Shown: positions 38,171 through 48,630 of the stretch, piece by piece | How the letters are laid out: every line of letters begins with the position of its first letter | How positions within the stretch are numbered: position 1 is the first letter of the stretch | Origin: Girardia tigrina | Taxonomy: Eukaryota | Direction of reading: 5' to 3' | Length of the DNA stretch: 51,578 bases | NCBI GenBank assembly: GCA_001938485.1 | Contig: MQRK01219331.1 | Coordinates: forward strand, 1 to 51,578 | The notes under the pieces: model-generated | The model's input: only the letters and a program-made list of their open reading frames with translations | The model's database searches: none | What the model was told of the DNA's origin: nothing | Made by a program: the position numbers and the translations under genes

Positions 38171-38521
38171 CATTTGCGCATGACATTGAGCTCGGATGGT
38201 CAGTGTCGAGTGCAGCATTTACCCTTTGAATCGATCTTACATATGCTCGAACATTTTCGACGGGAACCAATTCCTTTGGAACAAGCTGTTATGAGTGGAC
38301 CTCTGTCAGGTGGGGTCCCGACATATAATGTCGGTACAGTGACTCTCACAGGGTTTGTAGTGAACCCACGGTCTCTTCCGGTCATCATTGGATGCTTTAG
38401 TCGTACTGTCATTTGTTACGGCTCCATAAGGTTAAAATCGATTGACGAGTCCAGTCTGAAAGTGGCGGCAAATAACATCAATCGCTCTACCGATGATCTC
38501 CAGTATCTTTTCGTTCATTGA
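38171..38521 (+). CDS. SH2B: SH2B adaptor, exon 8 (SH2 C-half and tail)
   Basis: [37 protein letters not shown]. Tail [12 protein letters not shown] resembles the SH2B RA(I/V)xNQYSF motif. The joined CDS is 1698 nt (565 aa plus stop). Confidence 0.95.
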   Translation, partial: HLRMTLSSDGQCRVQHLPFESILHMLEHFRREPIPLEQAVMSGPLSGGVPTYNVGTVTLTGFVVNPRSLPVIIGCFSRTVICYGSIRLKSIDESSLKVAANNINRSTDDLQYLFVH

Positions 38522-38993
38522 TGCGGCACCGCTCGATCCTCGTGTTGTAATTATTATTGTAACGCTATTATTGATCTCTCAGACACTTGTTTTTACTAGT
38601 CAGATTTTTATATGTTATTGATTATCGATTGATTTTGGGTTTTTTAACTTTTGCGATTAGAGTAAACCTACATCAACCTGAGTTTGCCACTGACGCTATT
38701 TTTGCGAGATAATAGTGAACACTTTTCCAAACGAGACTGGACTCCTATTTACAATTATTGATATTTATATATTATGATAATAATGATTATTTATTATTCA
38801 ATGCGATTTTCATATTAATAGTTTCCTTTTTCACACACACACAGAGTCACCAACCAAATGGTCATTTATTGATTTTGTAGAGATTATTCTGATGTGAATC
38901 TGTGCTGCATTATTATTATTTATAAGCATTGATACTATAAACAAATATTATTAATTAGTGTAAAGAAAGGTCTTTATAATGATTTTGATTTTC

Positions 38994-38999
38994 AATAAA
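38994..38999 (+). promoter_or_regulatory. Candidate polyadenylation signal of SH2B
   Basis: AATAAA ~470 nt after the stop, followed by TG-rich sequence; weak evidence in AT-rich DNA. Confidence 0.3.
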
Positions 39000-41783
39000 C
39001 CTATTTTGTCTGTGAACATTGGACACAGTCACAGTTATTGAGAACTTCTGCAAATTGATCATTTTTTCAATTTCAATATTTATGGTTTTGTTTTTGGACA
39101 AAAAAATACAAATTCTATGTAAAATTTATTTATTTATTCATTTTGTTTGAAAAAATTACAACGGTTTTTGAAAGAAAGATATTTTTAATGATTTTTTAAA
39201 ATGTCTTTTATTAACAATCGCCATTATTGGTAATTCACGTACTACGAATTATCTAGAGACAGGTGGTGTTTGAATTTTGCAGAGATGTGCCTGTAGATGC
39301 CGACGAGGATTTTATTTACCAAAATGTGAATGTGTGTAACGTACTCACAAATGATGCATTACTGATAATCAGTCATTAGCATATTTATGTTTTTAATTTT
39401 CTAATAGTCTCCCCTTAATTAAAATATGTTTAATATACAATTGTCACGTATTTTCAAATGAACATGACTGGTCATTTCTCAGAGGGCGTGCCCGTGCATT
39501 GAAAGCTTGCACTCTTGCACCTGAAGCCTTGTGAGAAGATCATAAAACTTTGTATTTGTCAAATGGTTTCTACCCGATACAGAGTCTATGATTCCCTGCC
39601 CTGTCCGCAAATGATAAGTATTACTCGCAATTCGCAGTTATTCATCACAGCCGGGAAGGCTTCTTATAAATTTTAAATAAAAGATTACACTGTCATTCAT
39701 TTTAGATTTAGGTAGTATATTAAATATAATCAGTGATCTAACGATGACAAGTTAGTTAATTTTGATTTTGCATATCGAGATTTAAATAATTTTAAACTTA
39801 AAATAGATTTGAAAAATATTAAATTAATGAAAAATTTAAATATTTAAAATTAAAATTGATTATTTTTTCTAAACTTTTAAATAATTTAAAATAAAATAAA
39901 GTGACATGCATATTCCTTATAAACTTATTAACGAAGAAAATAAATGAAAATATAACATGATATTTAGAAGAAAGAAAAACAAAGAGAAGATAAAAAAAAC
40001 GAATAAATTAAGAAAAATTAAAAAACATTTAGGAAATATTCACGAACGAACCGCTCTATAACATTGATCTGAAAATTTCTTAAAAATGTTGCAAAAATTG
40101 GTAATTTTTTAGCAATTCCTCTACGGTATCCAACAATCTAATACAAAATCTATTAAGTAGGGAAAAGGGATAATGAAAAATTAATCAAAAAATAATTAAA
40201 ATAAATGAACCTTTTCATTAGAAATCGAAAAATACTACAAAAATATTCGACATAATATAACAAATCGGATAAAAACTTAAAGTCAGAAAAGTTCGGATGT
40301 TTTTGAGAGGTGTTATAACTAGAACTCTGATAATGTCCTTTTGATCTCTCGCAATTTTCTCAGAAAGTAATCAAAATTTAATAATCCCAGTTAGGTTTTT
40401 TCTGAGCTCTTAATTGTTTGAATTTTAAGAAACGCGACGCCTAAAGCTTTTAAAAGATATTTTATTAAAAAAATTTATAATTGAAAATATTTAAAAATAC
40501 TTCCTTAAAACTAGATTTTAAAGTTTTTCGTTGAAAAAACATTTAAAAATAAAACTACACAAATAAATTTAAATTTATCTACAAAAGTTTAACATAAAAT
40601 TTTAAGATCAACATTAGTTAAAGGTAAAAATTATATTATACTTTAATTTATTTGAATATAAAAAATAAGGGTTAATAAATTAAAATCATATTTAATTTCA
40701 TTGAATATAAAAAGTTTTCAGAAATTATAAAATTTAAACCAGATTGTAATTTATTATTATTTAATGCTGCAACAAAATCCAATATCCCAGTTTAATATTT
40801 TAAATTAGGATTACCGTTACGAAATTAAAATCTGGAAAATGAAATTTAATGTTTAATTATGAGTAGCAATTAAAGTAATTTTTTTGTTAATAAAAAATTA
40901 TATTAAATTTAAAATGAAAAGCGTAATAAAATTAAAATATTGTGACAAGTAATAAAATTAATTTAAACTATAAACATCAATTGTAAAATTTAAATGTAAG
41001 TAGATATTTATATTTAGTATTTTTATTTATAAACCTCCCCCGGTTGGACGGATAACTGATTATAATAGAGACAGTATCAGCATTGGCATACGGGGTAGTG
41101 AGCCATAGACTCAGATGGAAATCATAAGTAGATAATGCAAAGCCTACTGATTTTCTCGCACGGCTTTAAATGCAAGAATGCGAGCTTTTATCATCCTTCC
41201 TTCGCCGAAAGACAACAGAAACGGACTAAATGAACCGAAAACCGTGCAGGTCGAACAATCGTTAAAAAATACCGAATTCGAATATTGTCGATTAGGATGA
41301 TTCCTACCAGAAATTTCGTGAGAAGTTGTTTTACAATTCTATTAACATATTTATTTCAATTGATAAATATCGATTTCTATCACTTATTTACTAATTATAT
41401 TTCTAAAAATCAATTTTGTATAAATTTGCAAAATTTCCTTATCGTCTGAATCATGGTTTGTCGGTCAAACTCAAATTTTACAATGATCATATATAAAAAA
41501 ATGCGAAATGGTGGAGAAACAGGGAGTGAATCCGCGTAAAGTTGAGGTCAATCAGCATAACCCACATTGAGACGGTTCTGTCTTAGCAGAATCTTCGCCG
41601 AATGGCGCCGGGAATCGACTTAATTGACCGACTGTTAAATCAACTCAAAATTCAAAACAATAAATATTAAATTATAGTAATTAGAATTTGAAAATTAAAA
41701 CAGAACCTTTCAAAGACGAAAATTCATCTCAACCGTTATATATGACGGGCCTATTTCTAGTCAATTTAAAGATTATATGGGAG

Positions 41784-43807
41784 CAGTGTTCTCACCAGAA
41801 CTTTTCTTTCAAGGGTAAACAGGAAAACATTGGGAGGAACCAATGGGAGGGTTTCAAATTGATTAAGAAAGAAATTATTTTACCCATGGGAAATATTTTT
41901 CTGTATCTTCACATTAGAGTTATTGACCAAAAGATGAATGACCATCATGGAAAGCACAAAAATAAATGGAAACATCTTTTTACTAGAATTCAACACATAA
42001 ATACACTAATAAATATCAGAATAGAGTAAAACGACAAGGGTGTCACAATATACCGTGCATCATAATAAAGGAATTATGTAATCAAAATTCTTCTTTCATT
42101 TTGTTTGTGCATTTTTGGACAACGTCTCGTGCTTCCTCATCTGTCATCTTTTTTGGACCCTCCATCGTGACCAGCATACATGCTTCCAAGTTGTCAAGAC
42201 GCATATGTTGTCTTAAACGCGTGAGGATCATATTCATGCCACTGAAAGACCTCTCGACACTTTGCGTTCCAAAGGACACAGAAGAATAACAGACGCCATC
42301 TTTGAGAGGTTAGGAAAAGTTCCCGCCAAAACTTCTGTTGAATCGACCAAAGATCGAATTACATCCGAGGAAGAAGGAAGGACTTCTTTTGACAAAGAAT
42401 TGCCAGATAGTTGCGAAACTCCTCCAATGCTTTGTATATGTTTAGCTGGGGAGAACTGGATGACTTGCACAAATTAATCGTAGCTGTGTGACTGACTGCA
42501 TTTGATCTGAACAACAATGAAACAATTAGTATGAAATCAAAACCTTTCTTTAACAACATTTCATAAAATAAACACAGTTAACCCAAAAGCAAGACAAAGT
42601 TTGTGATGATATCGATAAATTCACGTATCATCGGTGAGTCAGCAACAATGCCATATAAACATAAGCTTATTTTTGCGTTAACTGTATGTGAAATGTGTAC
42701 TTCACACCCATGCAACTCAAAAAACTTGAGGTACATACCTGGACAATCTAATGAAGGATGAGAAAATGAAGTCACGGAACACAACGCCATATCTTGACAA
42801 TAAAATCGATTTGCAAGGTTTTTCATCAGACATGATAAAGGGTTTCACAATTTTCGTATGTAAAGAAACGGAATCGATTGAATTTACATTAACAAGAGGT
42901 GTTGATGTTGATTGAATGAAGTTCTGTGCTTCATCTTGATAAAGAATATGATTCTCCATTAATTCATTCAAAGGACTTTTGACAGTTGATATGAACATAT
43001 CCACTCTCGAGCGAGTAGAGTTTGGAGACTTGTAGCGGCTTTGATTAAACGGAGAGAGGTTGGAGAATACGCTTCAATGTAAAGAATAGAGTAATTCCTC
43101 TTGATATCTGGAATATCAACAACAGACCACCAGCTTCTGGCGATAAATCACCACCATCTGCATAAAATAATTGTTGATGCAATGCACTGATAGTGGGATA
43201 TCCACCTAGTGTTGTCAGATATATCAACAATATCAGTGTCTGGTCCATCAAGCAAGTCTTAAATTGCTTTATATTTTCTTAGGTTCTTCGGACTGTTGTA
43301 GTAGAACCGCCAGAGGCTGTTTAGAGTAGTGAACATTCATTTAATTTCTGGATACTTTTGCGCGGCATTCATGCATATTAACTGTCAGACGTAGCTACGA
43401 CAATGAATATTGATCGCATTTTTAGTGTGATCATTTTTTTAAACTAGCCATGTTGCTGGCACCATCGAAGGACAAACACAATACATCATTAAGGTGAACA
43501 TCTCTTGTTCCCAACACATCCCAAATGCTGTCGGTCAGTCCCCGCTTTGGTATTATCCAACTCTCTTAGCCAGATGAAAGTCTCCCCTGGAAAATCTTTA
43601 AGGATAACAGTACGTATGCAATCTGATAAAATAGTTTGTCTTCTCAAATCTGTTGCTTTATCAGTTTTAACTGAGATGGGGAGACCAATTTAATTTGTTG
43701 TACTGTACGTGTTTCTAAATTTTATTTAATGGCTTGCAAAACCTCACCAGCAATGTCATAAGAAAAATAGGTAGAAATGCCGGCTTTCGATTCGTTCCAC
43801 ACTTGCA
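41784..43807 (-). mobile_element. Decayed hAT transposon (ZNF862/Tip100-like)
   Basis: CAGTGTTCTC terminus at 41784; SVERSFSGMNMILTRLRQHMRLDNLEACM (hAT dimerisation); CLSFDGASNMA. Truncated at an LTR-like sequence. Confidence 0.9.
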
Positions 43808-45107
43808 TGTTGTTGTGTTGCTACATTTGCTACGTTTGTTATAATTACAAATCTTGTTGTATTTTTAAATTTGTTAAATCAGTCAAATGTTATGTTTGTA
43901 AATTTGTAAAATCGGTTAAATTTTTATAATGTAAATAAATTATGTTAGATTTATTTATATGTAAAAATATTCATTATTTTTTTATTTTTTAAAGAAAAAA
44001 AATTTGTATTATGAACAGTTTATTTAAAATAATAAAAACAACGGTATATAATGACACAATTAAAAAAAATAATCAATAAAAAATATTACGATTTATTACT
44101 ATTAATATATCAACAAAGTTATAATAAATGGTGTCAAATTATTTGATTAATAACTTTCAAGTTTTTTCTCGGGCTCTAATTCCATGTCGAACAGGAAATT
44201 CTTCTGCCGAATGTGAAATACGTAAACCGAATTTCAAGAATTTTGTTTCTCGACATTTTGTTGGCGTTTTACGAAACATTATTAATATTCTAAAACAAGG
44301 AATTAATATTTACTATTTACCGGAGAATTTTGTCACTAATGCAGTTTTCAATTTAAAAATTGGTTTCTTTTGTCGAAAATAGCTTGGAAGGAACGATTGA
44401 AGTTTATCAAGTCGAGATTATTGACTGATTGTGTTCAGAAAAGTACCGATACAACGTTTACAGAATCTTTGATAAACGAATTGTTTCAACCCGATATTTT
44501 CGATAAAACTATAGCGATAAAACCATATGCATGGGAAGACTGGATTGGTTTATTGACGAAGGAATTGAAAATGAGCCACATCATGTTCGAGACAAAAAGA
44601 ATGAAGAATGACCCCATGTCATGCAAAAAATTATCGGTTTCATTCGTCAATCTCGAAGTCCGGAACGAGGTAGATGTATGGGTTTCCTTAGTTACGAATT
44701 GCTTCAAGGAATTCGATCAGCTACCACGATTAAGCGTGAGAATCGTCATTTTATTGATCTGGATGGAATCTATCTGCTGAAGGAAAATCTCATTGCTAAA
44801 AGCGGTTACGAGAACGTCATATGTATCAATCGCGAAAATATATAGTCTGCAGAATTCAAGAAATAGGTTAATTGAAAAGAAATCTGAAATTCATTCCTTC
44901 TTTAGTTCTACGAAATTTCAAAGCATTATCTCATATCACAGTGCCATTAATACTGCTCGGACTCAAATCGTCGCGATGAAATCACCAATAGCAATGCAGA
45001 GATTATTAAACGTTGTTCGGGAATATGTGGCTGATAACGGATCGACAGAAAATGCGGTGATAAATTTCAAGTACGTTATTGGAAATATTCTTGAATATTT
45101 CCAATAA
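43808..45107 (+). mobile_element. Probable LTR retroelement 5' portion with an unrecognised ORF
   Basis: TG...ATA segment (~43808-44126), then PBS-like TGGTGTCA (44129-44136), then one reading frame 44370-45107 broken by a single stop at 44778-44780. Confidence 0.5.
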
Positions 45108-45686
45108 CTGTCGGACTGGGGCGCAGTTGGTCGTGATGATAACCTGTGACGATATACAAGCTGGCTTGCTAGGATGAGTGGATCGACTAAGAACGTTAGG
45201 AAATCTGTCCATGATCTGCTTGATGAAGTCTGCTTCTGGTGACTGGATGAGGCTAAAGCAACTGGAAACTGGCTGTACGACTGAGGAGTCTGAAGAACGG
45301 TTGTTGGAGATCAATTTTTTATTCCTGCAGTCAACAAGGATTTGGAAGTGGTCAAAGAAGTCGGCTCCCAGAATTGGTTGGGTGACGTCGGCCATAGTGA
45401 AAGTCCAATGGAATGTCTGGCCCAATTGCGTCAATGAAAACGATAATTGGATTGTTCCATACATGTAGACGATGGAACCATTTGCTGCTGAAAGTCGATT
45501 GGTGTGGCTGCAAGCATGAGGCTGAAATCGGCGCGGTAGGACTGACATAGCTGATCCGGTGTCCACCAAGAATGATGCCACGCTGATTGAATTATTTGCG
45601 ATATTGGCATCTGATGTGAAAAGGCCGCAGCATTTATTGTCGCCTCCGGCATCTGCTGCATGGATGGAAGGCGAGATCAATTTTTT
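45105..45686 (-). pseudogene. pol: Pol N-terminus: retropepsin protease and start of RT
   Basis: LVDTGS active site, ILGADF motif, IITTNCAPVRQ at the RT start; -1 frame relative to gag. Confidence 0.9.
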
Positions 45687-46908
45687 GACGGTTGGTACTT
45701 GCAACCGAGTGCGCACGATCTGGCCTGATCTCCATACTTGGAATGGAGAATACACATCTCAGTAATCTCCAAGGCGGTGCGGTCGCACTTCCATGTGCAA
45801 CCAGGTTGGCATTTCCGGGCCTTGATACCAAATCGCCGATGATAGTAGCAAATCGGCTGCCGGTCAACATAACTATTTCTGTTATTGGAGAATCGGCCTC
45901 GGCTCGGTGATCGTCGACGATGCTGTTTGTGTGTACCGGTTGTCAATGATGCAATGCTGGACGTGAGTGTTGTCATCATGGCAGCCATTTGCTCAACTTG
46001 AGCAGTGAGAGCAACAATCTGCGCGTTTTGTTGCGAGGCTGAACGTCCATTGTTGTCCATTGAGGCTGATGTTACCTGGAAGCAACTGTCAGAGCCGGAT
46101 GGGACCGTTTCGGCTATACGGTCTGCAATCGCTGCAAGTTCCTTGAGATCGGTGGTGGTGGTAGCTGCAAGGATAGCCTTGTGCATGGGTGGGAGCGATT
46201 GAATGAAGAATTTCTTCAAAATTGCGTTATTTTGATCCTGGGTGATTCCTGATTGGATCAATTCCAGGTCTGCGATGACCCACTGGAGAAATTGTGACTG
46301 CTTCATGAAACCGATTTGCTGCATCTTGAAATAATTCTCAAAGACAGCATCAAATGTCGGTTCATGAGCCGTAGTTGGTCGTACGGTTCCTTGTATTCCA
46401 CGATCGAGGAGAGATGAGGTACGATGGCTTGCAGTTGATTTGCAGGGATAGCTCCAAGCAGGTGTTGGAACAGGCGGTGCTGTGCCTTGATTCTTTAACT
46501 CTGGAATCTGAAATGCATCACCTCGAGCCAGATCTTCGGTAAACCTGACTGATCGGTGAAGAAGGTCGGCGGTGCAACATCGAGAACGCTGGTGTCGATG
46601 GAGAGGTTCGTCTTTATATCTGGTGTGTCCTCGCTACCTCTCAGTATGGTGAACTGACAATTAAGTGCAGTGTCACTGGTGATTCCATACTGGTTCCAGG
46701 TGAGGTGTGGGCGCAGGGGCTTAAACACATGTAAAAGATATAACGGAGACCCCGCTACGATCTCTAGGGTGTCAATGAGGTCTGCCACTGGAGACATGAT
46801 GTCCACGGTGAAAATCTCCTGTGAGAATGTCGCAAAACCCCGCACGGTGATGGAGATCGTGTTGCCTGCCGATTGTCCTGTATCGTGATGTTGCCCCTCA
46901 GTGTGCAT
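45677..46908 (-). pseudogene. gag: Ubiquitin-like domain-Gag polyprotein (one stop at 46495, one frameshift near 46360)
   Basis: The Ubl (46857-46633) is in frame with the Gag N-terminal motif; two C-terminal CHCC knuckles. Confidence 0.8.
45680..45686 (-). promoter_or_regulatory. -1 ribosomal frameshift slippery heptamer A AAA AAT
   Basis: Immediately precedes the gag TGA (TCA AAA AAT TGA); pol continues in the -1 frame. Confidence 0.75.
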
Positions 46909-47769
46909 TATACATGCATATTTTCTTTTTGACCGTTCTGCACCCCCCAAGATCGCAACAGAAGTACACTAAAACAGAAACGGGTAGGCGGAAGCGCAAC
47001 CAACGTGTGGGGATCGAAAAATGAAGCGGCTCGGTGGACATTGATGAGGGTATTATGATTATTAATTAAAATATTATATAGGTAATTATATAAATAATGA
47101 TGATAAAGTTTATGAATGTAAATAAATATATAATTACATTTGAGGATTTGGAGGATCTCTGATTGGGCCCTTTGATGGAATCCGAATGGATACATGATTC
47201 TGACACCATTTTAGTAGTCAGCAGTAATTAACTATCGTCGGGGATGTAACGATCTCGTCCGTGTTCACATTCCGCGCATAATAAACGGATCCGAAGTTTT
47301 CGCAGCCGATCTGGCGCAAGTCCGTGTAGGTAAGCGCGGGGTCGTGCTCGAGTGAGAACAGACCAGAGATATCGGGTCACTCCTTGAATATCGTCAGGCG
47401 AATCGTGCTGGCATCTCTATGACGACAAGAGTGGCGATGATGAGGCGATTATCGATTGAGAACATCGATGGATTTTCGAATGGACCAGATGCCAAAAAAA
47501 ATAAATATTAAAAAACCGAAAAACTTCTGATCGATGGAAATATTTTCTTGCGATTAAATGACGAATTGAAATTCAAAAAAAATCTTTATTTAAAAAATTG
47601 GACTTCCCATGTTTGATACATTTAAACAAAATCCTTGTTTTTCTAATATCGAATCAGCAAAATATCAATTAATAATTCTTTTATTAATTCTGTAAATAAT
47701 ACTTTTCCACACGATATAGAAAACATCAAAACTGTATATATAAAAAATTAAAAAAAATCAAAACAGCTT

Positions 47770-48630
47770 AAGAAAATAATTTAGTAAATTCAGACAAGAA
47801 AATGTTGTAATTTTCCAAATTATCGTATATTTCAAATGCCTGTAGATATTGATATATGAGCGATAACACTTGAGTTACAACATCGCAAGCGAATGAGAAA
47901 GTTTCATTAATTTGCGGAGGAATCATCTCCACAAGTTTGGTGAGTCCTCCTGACACCGGGGTTTCAATTTCCAATATTTCTAGATGTTTACTTGAAAATT
48001 TTTTTTAATATAGTGATTTAATAATTATGTTTAATTATAAATAAGAAATATCGGATTTTTTATATATATTTAATATTTATAAATACTGATTAAAATTTTG
48101 CGTCACTATAGTATCTTTTTCACTATTATCAATCATAAAAAAATCATTTTCCTCAATATGATCTTGAATCTTGGCCAAATTTAGAGTGTTTTAATTGCTT
48201 TTTAAAAGATGATCCATAAAAGTGGCCAAAATGGGAAGGCTAAATTTAGAGGTTATACTATACTAATATTTCAATTAATTTTTAAAAAACTATACTAATA
48301 TATTTTTCACCAATTATAGCTTTAATAAATTTAAAACATTTATAATAAATTAAAAACCCATTACAAAGAAATTGATGTACGAGAATCATTGACTAATCCC
48401 GGTGTGGTTCCATTGATTGCTACAGCAGCATATTGGTCCAATGCTTCTTCCATTTTGGTTAAAACTGTTGTTGCATCTGCTGTTATAACTGGTTGATTTA
48501 CGTGTGCTGCATGCGTGACATTGAAATTAATTCCTTAAGTATAGATAGGGATTTTGCCGCCTCTAAAATTTTACAGACAGTGTCCGTTTGGTATGTTCTC
48601 TTATCTACACGATTGCACGACCATGACTTC
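47770..48630 (-). pseudogene. Exon-like fragments of an unidentified gene abutting a Gypsy LTR
   Basis: Open AG/GT-bounded segment ~48535-48364 (INFNVTHAAHVNQPVITADATTVLTKMEEALDQYAAV...) splices in phase to ~48240 (LPILATFMDHLLKAIKNTL...). Further ORF at 47768-47974. Confidence 0.4.

Larger units (their letters stand above)
45105..47495 (-). mobile_element. Gypsy LTR retrotransposon (CsRn1-like gag), 3'-truncated, with Ubl-Gag fusion
   Basis: PBS TGGTGTCAGAA (47198-47208). Gag motifs PPTFF..PKIWL..F, EPYDQLR, CYYHRRFGIKARKCQPGC. Protease FLVDTGSAMSVLP...PILGADFF. Ends at the start of RT. Confidence 0.9.

Noticed and set aside
39240-41640. GC-richer exon-like patches downstream of SH2B
   Set aside because: The frames I translated contain stops and no family was recognisable.
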